DNA of 64,000 bases from Azolla caroliniana (Eukaryota > Plantae > Polypodiophyta). Position numbers and translations under genes: made by a program. How positions within the stretch are numbered: position 1 is the stretch's first letter; every line of letters begins with the position of its first letter. This document shows, piece after piece, positions 51,701-62,340 of this stretch. Under the pieces are notes generated by a model. It saw only the letters and a program-made list of their open reading frames with translations. It made no database searches and was not told the origin of the DNA. The DNA lies in contig JBHGNT010000007.1 of assembly GCA_043228905.1 (NCBI GenBank), positions 1,178,001 to 1,242,000 of the forward strand, in the 5' to 3' direction.

Positions 51701-53411
51701 ACCTCCAAGTGGTTGTGGAACAACGAATAGGCGTTTATGCGTGATGCGTAGGGGAATGTTCCCTGTAACCTATCAGCGTATAAGGGAGACGACTACAACC
51801 GACTCCTTAGCAAGGGTTACACTTACGTTCTTACACGCTCAGGTATTCCAGCACACAGTGGATTAGTCGTAGCTATACACAGACTTTCAGAGAAGATGGA
51901 ATTCTATTATGATACGTTTCCTTACATTCCAATATTTACACGCGCCCTCTATTAGAGGTTTTCTGCCCTTTATATACACAGGGTCTATCTAGCCGTTCAC
52001 GCTTCCTGTGTGAACCGTTACATGCGTTATGATCTTATATTATTTCTTATTCCTACGCTATTGTCCGTCGGTTACTATTCCGGCGGACAACACTACGTGT
52101 TCGTGAAGAAATTTGACAGACTCAGTGACTTCCTGATACTCCTACTATATGTAGATGACATGTTGATCGTCGGGCCGGACCGAACCAAAATCAGAAATTT
52201 GAAGAAGGCTTTGAACCGGACCTTCTCAATGAAAGATTTGGGTTCAACGAGACAAATACTGGGGATGCACATAATCCGGGACCGGTCGAAGAAATTGTTA
52301 TGGCTGTCACAGGAGAAGTAAGTGACAAAGGTGCTTAAATAGTTTAACATGTCGAATGCGAAACCGGTTGGATCGACACTTCCGGAAAATTGCAAGTTGT
52401 TCGGAAAGCAGAGCCCAAAGACAGAGGTAGAGAAGTCGGATATGATGAAGATACCATATGGCTCTAGCGTCGGAAGTTTAATGTATGCAATGGTGTGCAC
52501 CAGGCCTGATATTGCATATGTTGTCGGAGTAGTCAACCGGTTCATGAGCAATCCGGGAAGAGAGCACTGGAACACGGTCAAGTGGATACTCCGGTATTTG
52601 AAAGGCACCCCGAGTATGTGCCTCCGATTCGGCTCCGGTAAACCCCTACTAGACAAATTTACGGATTCGGATATGTCTGCTGATGTGGATACCAATCGGT
52701 CTACATCTAGATATGTCATGACTTATGCAAGGGGAGCCGTATCATAGCAGTCGAGGCTGCAGAAGTCCATTTCATTGTTGACAACGGAAGCGGAGTACAT
52801 GGCAGTTGTGGAAGCCGGAAAGGAAATAATCTGGATTAAGGACTTTATTGGAGAGCTTGGAATCCGGTAAGAGGAATTCCGGCTCTACTGCGACAGTCAA
52901 AGTGTCATCCACCCTTAAAAGAATGTCGCAATTCCGTGCTCGGCCACAACCGAGGAACTGGATCGATTCACAGAAAACGGGAAATACAACAATGCACGAA
53001 AAACAATAGAGAGAAGGGTACACTGGATGTTTTACGTGGAAAACCCTAAATGGGAAAAACCACGGGAGTGCAAGACTCCAACTATCACTATACGCGGGAA
53101 TGTACAATGGCGAGCTGCAAGGCGACGACCTTGAGCTCACTGTCCTCGCCACAGGCGGCGGTATTACACAGAGGCGTCGACCTCTTCCTTCCTCTTTCTC
53201 TCTCACTCTCTCTCGGCTGCTCTCACTTCGCTCCCTCTTAGTGGAAAACAGAAAAATGAGCAACAACAACAGCAACTATAAATTGTTTGCCCTAAGTCAT
53301 ATTTATACACATATGACTTTCGGGCTATTTACAAATGTAGCCTTAATAGGCCCTTGGCAAACATATTCACAAATATGTCCCCGCATCCGGATCTCTCTCC
53401 GGGAACATTCA

Positions 53412-53610
53412 TCATCCGGCTCCGTAGCCGGGTCTTCGTCATCCGGCTCCGTAGCCGGGGTCTTCTCTTCGTCATCCGGCTCCGTAGCCGGGGTCTTCAT
53501 CATCCGGCTCCGTAGCCGGGTCTTCGTCATCCGGCTCCGTAGCCGGGGTCTTCTCTTCGTCATCCGGCTCCGTAACCGGGTACTCTTCATCCTCCGGTTC
53601 CGTAACCGTA
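53412..53610. repeat. Array of 6-7 hairpin-forming units of 27-33 bp in U3 of the H LTR (also at 58274-58472)
   Basis: Core TCATCCGGCT-CCGT-AGCCGG. Confidence 0.88.
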
Positions 53611-53680
53611 ACCTGGCTTGCCGTCATTCATCTCCGGACATCCCATCCGGAGGGACCGAAAATCCCAACAAACTCCCCCT

Positions 53681-56600
53681 TCACTTCGGCATGGGATGTC
53701 TCTCCAATCCGATCCTCTTCCGGCATGCTTCCAGCTTGTCGGGTGTAAGTACCTTGGTCAGCATATCCGACCCGTTCTCGTCCGTGTGGATCTTCGTCAG
53801 CACGAACTCCTGGTCTTCTATCCTTTCCCGGATCCAGTGATATCTTCGCTGGATGTGCTTCGTCCGGGAGTGATAGGCCGCGTTCTTCGCAAGGTGGATG
53901 GCACTCTGACTGTCGCAGTAGAGTCGGTACTCCTCCTGCTGGATACCGAGCTCTCTAATGAAGTCCTTCATCCATATTATTTCCTTGCCGGCTTCAACAG
54001 CCGCCATGTACTCCGCCTCCGTGGTTGACAACGCAACCGTCTTCTGCAGCCTCGACTGCCACGAAACAGCTCCCCCTGCATACGTCATCACATACCCTGA
54101 TGTGGACCGGCTGGTATCTGCATCAGCCGACATATCCGAATCGGTGAAGCCATCGAGTTCGGACTTACCGGAGCCGAATCGGAGGCACACGTTTGCCGTG
54201 CCCTTCAGGTATCGGAGTATCCACTTGACCGCGTTCCAGTGCTCTTTGCCGGGATTGCTCATGTACCGGCTCACCACTCCGACTGCATATCCTATGTCCG
54301 GTCTTGTACACACCATTGCGTACATCAAGCTTCCGACGGCAGAGGCATATGGTACTTTCATCATATCCTCCTTCTCAGCCTTTGTCTTGGGGCTTTGCTT
54401 GCTGGACAACTTGCAGTTTGCCGGGAGGGTCGATCCGACCGGTCTTGCTTCCGACATGTTGAACTGTTTAAGCACCTTTGTCACGTACTTCTCCTGTGAC
54501 AGCCACAACTGCTTCTTGCTCCGGTCCCGGATGATGTGCATCCCTAGTATTTGTCTCGCCGGACCCAAGTCCTTCATTGAGAAGGTTCGGTGAAGAGCCT
54601 TCTTCAGCATCCGTATCTTGACCTGGTCCCGTCCGACGATCAACATGTCGTCCACGTACAGGAGGAGTATTAGAAAGTCTCCTCCTTCGAACTTCTTCAC
54701 AAACACGCAGTGGTCGGACTGCGTTTTGAGGTACCCTTCGTCGGTCATGAAGGAGTCGAACTTCCGGTACCATTGCCGGGGAGCCTGCTTCAATCCGTAA
54801 AGGCTCTTCTTCAACCGGCATACCAGGTGCTCCTTCCCTTTCTTCTCGAATCCTTCCGGTTGCTGCATGTAGATCTCTTCTTCGAGGTCACCGTGAAGGA
54901 ATGCCGTCTTCACGTCCATCTGTTCTACCTCGAGGTCCATGCTTGCCGCTATGCTCAGCACCGTCCGGATGGAGGTCATCTTCACTACCGGGGCAAATAT
55001 CTCGTCGAAGTCGACGCCCTTCTTCTGCTGAAACCCCTTCACCACGATCCTGGCTTTGTATCTCGGGGGGTTTCCGGCATCTCCCGGTTTCAGCTTGAAC
55101 ACCCACTTGTTACGGAGTGCCCGTTTTCCTTTCGGCAGCTCCACAAGTTCATATGTGTGGTTCTCATGCAGGGAATCCATCTCCTCCTGCATGGCACTTA
55201 ACCACCTGCGGCTATGGGTGTCATGCTTCGCTTCTTCAAAGCTTTCCGGCTCCCCTTCGTCGGTTAGCAGCACGTGCTCTGGTTCCGGAAATCTCCGGGG
55301 GGCCCTTCTCTCTCTTAGAGGATATCTCCTTTCCGGAGCTTCGGTAACCGGTTCTTCCGATTCTTCTTCATCCGAATCCATTTCGGGATCGGGGCCGGTT
55401 CCGGTATTATTTTCATCTTCTTCGGTCGGTTCTGTTTCTTCACCGTCTTCGGCCGGATCCTCGAGTGCTAACCGGTCCCTTGCCGGTCGGGACTGCTCCT
55501 CGTAGAGTTGATCCTCACCGGTCGACTTGGAGCTCTTCATCTTCTTCTCCGACTCCCAGTCGGCGAGTGTCTTGTCCTCCATGAAGATGATATCTCGACT
55601 CCTGAATATCTTTTTGTCGACCGGGTCCCATACTCGGTAGCCGAACTCGTCGTCGCCGTAACCGAGGAATATGCATGGCCGGGTCTTTGGATCTAGCTTT
55701 CCTCTCCGGTCCTTTGCCACATGCACATATGCGAGACACCCGAACACCTTCAGATGTCGGTAGGACACTTCCTTACCGGTCCACACTTTCTGCGGCGTGT
55801 CTCCGTCCAACGGTACTGAGGGTGATCTGTTTATCACGTATGTCGCCGTCGACATTGCCTCAGCCCAAAACCCCTTGGGTAATTTCGCATGCGCCAGCAT
55901 ACTCCGGACCCTCTCCATTATGGTCCGGTTCATCCTCTCGGCCAGCCCGTTTAGTTCCGGCGTCTTCGGCACAGTAAACTCGAGCCGGATTCCCTTCGAG
56001 CGACAGTACTCCTGGAACTGCCCCCGGTATTCCCCTCCGTTATCCGCTCGTATCGCTTTCAGCTTCTTGCCGGATTCTCTTTCCACTCTCGCGTGGAGTT
56101 CTTTGAAGACGGACAACACTTGGTCCTTTGTCTTCAACGGTGCCGTCCACAGCTTCCGGCTGTGATCATCAATGAAAGTCACGAAGTACTGGGCTCCGCC
56201 ATGTGACTTCGTTTCCACCTGACACACATCAGTGTGCACCAACTCCAATGGTGCGCTACGTCTCGTCGGTGGCCTTGAGTGGAAGGAGGTTCGGTTCTGC
56301 TTACCGGCCAGGCAATCGGTGCACTTCTCCAGGTGCACATGCTTCACTGGAATAAGGTTGTCTTCTGCAAGCCTCTTCATCCCCTTCTCACTCATGTGAC
56401 ACAGTCTTTTGTGCCACAGCTCACCGGCAGTGTCGGCTGCCACATTCAGCTCTTCCGGACACAACCAGGCATTCATAAGGTACAGTGTGTTGACTTTCCG
56501 GGCCCGAGCCACTATCAGGCTTCCCTTGCTGAACTTCATTACGCCGTTCCGGATGCTACCTGTGTAGCCTTCATCGTCTAGCCTCCCGGCCGAAATCAGG

Positions 56601-57754
56601 TTCAATCGAACCTCCGGAACGTGTCGGACATCCTTCAGCAGCATTTTGCATCCGGTCGGGGTTGTCAACCATACGTCTCCTATGCCGGCAATCCGGCACG
56701 TACCTTCATTTCCCATCCGAACGCAGCCATGTTCACCGGCTGTGTAGGATGAGAAGTATCTACTTTCCGGGGTCAGGTGGAACGACGCTCCGGAATCGAC
56801 CACCCAGGTAGTCTCATCGCCGGCAATGTTTAGTTCACCTTCTTCGGTGATGAGCATGATCTCCTCTTCACTTGCCGCGAGTGCCGTCGTTCCTTTCCGG
56901 TCCTGCCCTCGCCGATCCGGACCTCTCCGGTCCGTGGCTCCCCGGTATGCACCGTTTCTCTCCGGTGACTTCTTCGAATCGGTGTCGTCGGCTCCGTTGT
57001 CTTTTCGGTAATGCCGACAATTCTTCCGGAAGTGCCCCGGCTTCCCACAGTGGAAGCATGTGGGTCTTCCACTTGACTGCGACCGGGTCCCCGACTTCTC
57101 CCGTCTTTGCGGACTCCGGTTCCATTGTCTTCCCCGTTCCGATTCGGTAAGCAGCGCCTTCGAGTCGGAGGCCGGTTCTTTATCTCTCCGACGCGCTTCT
57201 TCGTTCAAAATACTTGTCTTTACCGTTTGTAGGGACAAGTTATCTTCGGTGCAGGAGGTGCTGAGAGTCACCACCAAGTTCTCCCAGCTGTCCGGCAATG
57301 TACACATCAGGATGATGGCTTGCATTGCATCCTCCAACGGGAACTTGATCGCCGCAAGCTGGTTCACGAATCCCATGAACGTGCTTACGTGTTCCACCAT
57401 ACTCTCGCCGTCCCGGTACTTGAGGTTCACTATCTTTCTCATCAGGGAGGTCCGGTTCAACGCATTCTTCCTCTCGTAGAGGCCCGACAGCTTCCTCCAC
57501 ATCTCATATGCGTTGGTGTCGTTCGCCACGTGTTGTAGAACACTCACGTCGACGTATTGCCGAATGGTTGCAACGGCTTTCCGGTTCAGAAGCCTCCACT
57601 CCGTCTCAAGTACCCCCTTGGGTATTTCCGACCTGTCGATCGGTTCATACAGGTCCCGAACAATGAGCAGATCCTCCATCTTTATCTTCCAGTCGGCGTA
57701 GTTCTGCGCATTCAGCACCATCATCCCCGGCTGCCCGCTGCTGCCGCCTTCCAT
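53681..57754 (-). CDS. Copia H gag-pol polyprotein, 1357 aa from the first ATG after the PBS (Tnt1-like architecture)
   Basis: Single open frame: CFHCGKPGHFRKNC, WVVDSGASFH, integrase HHCC and DDE (VHTDVC, RADNGGEY, NGLAER), YVDD, RNase H (TDSD, TTEAEY, CDSQSA, SDMLTK). Confidence 0.97.
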   Translation of the reverse strand: MEGGSSGQPGMMVLNAQNYADWKIKMEDLLIVRDLYEPIDRSEIPKGVLETEWRLLNRKAVATIRQYVDVSVLQHVANDTNAYEMWRKLSGLYERKNALNRTSLMRKIVNLKYRDGESMVEHVSTFMGFVNQLAAIKFPLEDAMQAIILMCTLPDSWENLVVTLSTSCTEDNLSLQTVKTSILNEEARRRDKEPASDSKALLTESERGRQWNRSPQRREKSGTRSQSSGRPTCFHCGKPGHFRKNCRHYRKDNGADDTDSKKSPERNGAYRGATDRRGPDRRGQDRKGTTALAASEEEIMLITEEGELNIAGDETTWVVDSGASFHLTPESRYFSSYTAGEHGCVRMGNEGTCRIAGIGDVWLTTPTGCKMLLKDVRHVPEVRLNLISAGRLDDEGYTGSIRNGVMKFSKGSLIVARARKVNTLYLMNAWLCPEELNVAADTAGELWHKRLCHMSEKGMKRLAEDNLIPVKHVHLEKCTDCLAGKQNRTSFHSRPPTRRSAPLELVHTDVCQVETKSHGGAQYFVTFIDDHSRKLWTAPLKTKDQVLSVFKELHARVERESGKKLKAIRADNGGEYRGQFQEYCRSKGIRLEFTVPKTPELNGLAERMNRTIMERVRSMLAHAKLPKGFWAEAMSTATYVINRSPSVPLDGDTPQKVWTGKEVSYRHLKVFGCLAYVHVAKDRRGKLDPKTRPCIFLGYGDDEFGYRVWDPVDKKIFRSRDIIFMEDKTLADWESEKKMKSSKSTGEDQLYEEQSRPARDRLALEDPAEDGEETEPTEEDENNTGTGPDPEMDSDEEESEEPVTEAPERRYPLRERRAPRRFPEPEHVLLTDEGEPESFEEAKHDTHSRRWLSAMQEEMDSLHENHTYELVELPKGKRALRNKWVFKLKPGDAGNPPRYKARIVVKGFQQKKGVDFDEIFAPVVKMTSIRTVLSIAASMDLEVEQMDVKTAFLHGDLEEEIYMQQPEGFEKKGKEHLVCRLKKSLYGLKQAPRQWYRKFDSFMTDEGYLKTQSDHCVFVKKFEGGDFLILLLYVDDMLIVGRDQVKIRMLKKALHRTFSMKDLGPARQILGMHIIRDRSKKQLWLSQEKYVTKVLKQFNMSEARPVGSTLPANCKLSSKQSPKTKAEKEDMMKVPYASAVGSLMYAMVCTRPDIGYAVGVVSRYMSNPGKEHWNAVKWILRYLKGTANVCLRFGSGKSELDGFTDSDMSADADTSRSTSGYVMTYAGGAVSWQSRLQKTVALSTTEAEYMAAVEAGKEIIWMKDFIRELGIQQEEYRLYCDSQSAIHLAKNAAYHSRTKHIQRRYHWIRERIEDQEFVLTKIHTDENGSDMLTKVLTPDKLEACRKRIGLERHPMPK

Positions 57755-60700
57755 TTTCTGTGTTACCGTCGCTCTGATACCACTTTGTCGCAATTCCGTG
57801 CTCGGCCACAACCGAGGAACTGGATCGATTCACAGAAAACGGGAAATACAACAATGCACGAAAAACAATAGAGAGAAGGGTACACTGGATGTTTTACGTG
57901 GAAAACCCTAAATGGGAAAAACCACGGGAGTGCAAGACTCCAACTATCACTATACGCGGGAATGTACAATGGCGAGCTGCAAGGCGACGACCTTGAGCTC
58001 ACTGTCCTCGCCACAGGCGGCGGTATTACACAGAGGCGTCGACCTCTTCCTTCCTCTTTCTCTCTCACTCTCTCTCGGCTGCTCTCACTTCGCTCCCTCT
58101 TAGTGGAAAACAGAAAAATGAGCAACAACAACAGCAACTATAAATTGTTTGCCCTAAGTCATATTTATACACATATGACTTTCGGGCTATTTACAAATGT
58201 AGCCTTAATAGGCCCTTGGCAAACATATTCACAAATATGTCCCCGCATCCGGATCTCTCTCCGGGAACATTCATCATCCGGCTCCGTAGCCGGGTCTTCG
58301 TCATCCGGCTCCGTAGCCGGGGTCTTCTCTTCGTCATCCGGCTCCGTAGCCGGGGTCTTCATCATCCGGCTCCGTAGCCGGGTCTTCGTCATCCAGCTCC
58401 GTAGCCGGGGTCTTCTCTTCGTCATCCGGCTCCGTAACCGGGTACTCTTCATCCTCCGGTTCCGTAACCGTAACCTGGCTTGCCGTCATTCATCTCCGGA
58501 CATCCCATCCGGAGGGACCGAAAATCCCAACAAAGAATGCGGCCTACCATTCCGAATGAAACACATCCAGAGAGAAGATAGAAGATCAAAACTTCATGTT
58601 GACGAATATCCATACGGAGGAGACCGGGTCGGATATGTTGACCAAGGTGTTGTCAGCTGACAAACTGGCCACGTGTCGAAGACGGATCGAACTAACAAGA
58701 AATCCCATGCGGAGTGAAGGGGGAGTTTGTTGGAAATTCGGTCCCTCCATATAAGAGCCGGATGAGCTGAAGGAAGGAACTAGATCAGATGCAACAACCG
58801 AACCGAACAGGAAGATATCCGGATGGATCCGGTGTGAACCGGATCCATGGATATATCTGCAAATATGTTTCTAGTGTGCTTGTAAAGGCTATATTTGTAA
58901 ATAGTCTTAAAGTCATATAAGTATAAATATGACTTAGGGAAATCACTTTATGTGGTTGGGGGTTGTTAGTTGTATCTAGTTGTACAGAGAGAGAGAGAAG
59001 AAAAGCTGCCGGTTGGTGAAGATATTGAGCTCGAGGGCGTTGCCTTTGAGTCTCCTGTTGTACCTCCTTTTATCCTATAGCGGTAGTTGGAATCTGTGGG
59101 CTCTCGTGGTTTTTTTCCCTATTAGGGTTTTCCACGTAAACATCTTGTGTCGTCTCTTCTGTGTAAGTGTACGAACCTCCATTTCTGTTTTGTTCTTTCA
59201 TCAAGTGTTTGAGTCTCGGTTGTGGCCAAGCGCTATTCCGCACAAATAGAAGATTGATATTGTTCATCCCCTTTTAGCAACCTCGAAATCAGGTGCGATC
59301 AATCTAGGTATCGAAAATAGTGACTACAATAACGTTATGGGCATTATGGAAATGTCGATGTAACCGACTTTATGATGCGGCAAATAGCGTCTCTCAAATG
59401 TCTTGCTTGAGATATGGGAGAACTTGCTGGTCTCTCAAATGTCTTGCTTGAGATATGACAACGTGCAGGGTTCACTAGAGATTGTTAACAAGAGAAAGAA
59501 GAAGCTCCTTCACTTATGGAAAAAGTTACCCCTGTTTACAGAGTCAACTCAAGGGCATCAATGGAACTATCAACTACCATGGACCCTTTCTTGAATACCA
59601 GTGAATCATGGCAGAGTGCAACAACAAATTTCAACACCTTTTACAAAGTCCTATCTTTGGTCTTAGGATTATTGTATATCATTGTATGTGAAAAATTGTA
59701 AGCTTTTGGGCAAACAAGCTTAAGTTGTAGCATTCAGATGTTTTTTCTTAATACTACTGAGGAAAATCTTTGGAAAAAAAGGATGCTCATTTAGCCCATT
59801 ATTGTCTACCTTTCCACTCATCTCATAATTCTTTCAATACCTAGCGTAGCAATTGCATATTAATATGCATGTGCTTAAGCCTTATACTATGAAATATCAA
59901 TATAATGAAACTTTAAGTCAACATTTTGTTATTTGTTAAGCAAAATGTTTTAAGAAATAATTTCATAATTCTTGTAATTTTTATTAAATCGTTAAAAAAG
60001 TGCCCATTACCCCATATATTGATATATTGTGAGCTAAAAATAAATCCCTTCTTCCAATTAGAAAAATATTAAAGTAGAAAAATAGAGATAACTTATCAAA
60101 GCATGAGAAGTAGATATATTAAGCTAAATTGAGAGGACAATCGAGCTCTCACAAAATCGATAAAATGACCTCTCTCTCTCTCTCTACTTTATATGATCAT
60201 AATTTAACATCCTCCTCTCTTCACCCCTCTAATCTATAGCCATTATTAATTAATCATTATTCTTAGACATTTTTTTAAGACTTTGTCAAAATATGGATCA
60301 AATTTATACTAATGTATACACTTCCATAATTGTTCTTTCACATTGTTTAGAAATGTTATTTGAATCCTATAAGGTACAAATTGGGAGGTAGCCACTCATG
60401 TCTTTTTTGGTATTCCCATTCACATCCTCATGGATCTTTCATTAGTATGGAAAAGAAGGTCTGTTTTTTTAATTCATTTGTACATCAAAGCTTGGATTAG
60501 TAATTGTGCAAACTTTTATTTTAGAGTCGCAAGGGCACATGATGGCCTTTAGGATAGTGTTGGCTAGGTTCATCTACCTCATAGATATGATCATATGTGG
60601 AGAGCATTATCTACATTGCTTATTCTTATGACCCCCAAGTTCTGAATCGGTAGATAGTGAACCGTGAAAATATTGGCTATTCAATAGCAAAAAAAACAAT

Positions 60701-61019
60701 TCTCACCATGCACTACACACAAATGACATTTATCATAAGTGTTATCTTGCAAGCATTTTCAATGTTCATATAGGTTGCTCTATTTACAAGTTTGCAATTA
60801 ACCTTTTATACTGTACTTATTAAAGGTTAGGCACTCTAGTCTTGGTTCTTTCATTTTGCATATTATTGTGTTCCTTTGGAGGACTTATTATGGCGCAATA
60901 TCATATATAAAGTCTAACAAAGTCTATGTTAGGTGTTAGGTTTACCATATTCCATCATAATGTTACATTATGGTGAAGATTGGGATCCTTAAAAGAAGTT
61001 TTGATAGAGTTTGAGTCTT

Positions 61020-62340
61020 CTTTTTTCTTTTTCTTTTCTTTTTCCAAAATAAAACTCCTTCCATTAGTTATAAAATTTTACAAATGAGACGATTATGTAC
61101 AAATCCCTAAAGGGACGCGATAGTTCCATCTTATGTGGATGCCCACTGACTCAAGAAAGGGAGAGGACGACCATTCTTGGATGAAGGCTATGCGTTGTCT
61201 TTCAACTCCCTCGGAGCTGCCCTTAAGGCCATCATATTGGCTCTTCAGAGTGGCTACAAGTTCACTCCATATCTCTTGCAGTAACCTTGTTGGATGGGCG
61301 GTTTGGTTCGAGAAGACTCGCCTACATCGTTGTTTCCATACAATCCAAAGGGTTATTGGGCTGACCAATTCCAACACCTCTTGAGATTTGTCATTAAGAG
61401 GAATAGAGTGGACATTGCCGTTGGAGGAGAAAAGGACCTCTTGTGCTTTTATCACCAAAGTCATCCCCTCCTCCTGATGCTCGTATCGGCCAATTGCAGC
61501 CTGCCATGATAGCCAACATATATTTCCCCACTTGATTGAACCTTGCACCTGGCATAATTGCAACAAGCGGCCAACCTCCCGCCATATTCGATGGGACGTT
61601 GGGCAGTCCCACAGAGCATGTCGTATGGATTCTACTGCATGTGGGCACTCTACACAATTAGGAGAGCTAAGGTTCCCATGTTGCCACGCTCCCACCGGTA
61701 GGGACTTATGTATTAACAGCCATTGGAAAGTGGTAATTCGCCTCGCGTGTTGTTGCTTCCAGATTTTCTGCCAAAACTTGGTGATTATTGCGGAGGGAAC
61801 TTGAAATGTGTGCCAGACCTTCGCAGCAGCCGGTTCTCGGGCGGCTTGAGCAGCTAGAATGTGGCGACCCAATCTAGTTGCGAATTGGAAGAAAGGGATG
61901 GGTTTGCTTCCTTGCCCCGCGTAGGGATCACACCATGTCCATTGCAAAGGGTCCCAACTGACCTTACGTAGCCATGTGTTCTCATGAGTACATATATGCC
62001 ACTCGGGTTGTAATTTGATCGGATCAGGATCTACAATCCATTTATGATCAGTGTACGCGAGTACTCGAATGGTGTTATTCTGTGTTGGTGTCTTAATGTC
62101 TCGCAATTCAGGGTCTTCGAGTCTGTTTGGTGATCCCCTACCTCTCAGGATCAGAGAACCCTCCTCCTCGTGGCCTATCCATTTCTCCATTGTCGTCCTT
62201 TGAGTAGCAGATTCCCTAATCAGTAGAGCGTTAATGATTTCCGATCTCATAGTCCATCCGCCCCTGATTCCATGGAGTATGTTCGCCTGATCTTGTAGTG
62301 GCATTGACATAAACCGTCGCCAACATTCTATACTTTTGCC
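61020..62340 (-). mobile_element. 5'-truncated LINE: ORF2 C-terminus with zf-RVT, 3' UTR and A-rich tail
   Basis: 405-aa ORF 61093-62310 with FWQKIW, FQWLLIHKSLP, CVEC...ESIRHALWDCP and LWIVWKQRCRRVF; T-rich tract at 61020-61043 on the + strand. Confidence 0.88.

Larger units (their letters stand above)
37769..52092 (-). mobile_element. Ty3/Gypsy element B3 with both LTRs and TSD; RNase H region deleted
   Basis: 437-bp LTRs 37769-38205 and 51656-52092; perfect TSD CTACG; PBS 51637-51651; gag, protease and RT at 48.7-51.4 kb; integrase 42196-43215; extra ORF about 38264-42050. Confidence 0.96.
52924..58532 (-). mobile_element. Ty1/Copia element H, intact and very young
   Basis: 747-bp LTRs 52924-53670 and 57786-58532; perfect TSD AAGAA; Met-i PBS TGGTATCAGAGC 57771-57782; PPT 53671-53682. 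Confidence 0.98.
36459..59244 (+). mobile_element. Ty1/Copia element F, 5'-truncated and split into three pieces (36459-37768, 52093-52923, 58533-59244)
   Basis: Integrase, RT and RNase H read continuously once B3 and H are removed (DHY/VFVKK; KN/AAYH); PPT 58712-58727; 3' LTR 58728-59244. Confidence 0.9.

Noticed and set aside
53398-53410. Heat-shock-element-like TCCggGAAcaTTC in the H LTR
   Set aside because: A single imperfect instance, not evident in the G or solo LTRs, so compatible with chance.
53100-53840. 246-aa and 232-aa ORFs in the H LTRs
   Set aside because: They are antisense to the element, low complexity, derived from the U3 repeat array, and have no recognisable domain.
57755-57811. 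Predicted N-terminal 19 aa of the 1376-aa ORF
   Set aside because: It starts at a non-ATG codon inside the LTR and crosses the PBS; the likely start is the ATG at 57754.
59389-59457. 28-bp direct repeat and short ORFs downstream of F
   Set aside because: A small local duplication with no coding or structural support.
61093-62310. LINE 3' fragment as the continuation of the LINE at 1-2900
   Set aside because: Both are on the minus strand, so the first element's 3' end must lie left of the window; these are independent insertions.
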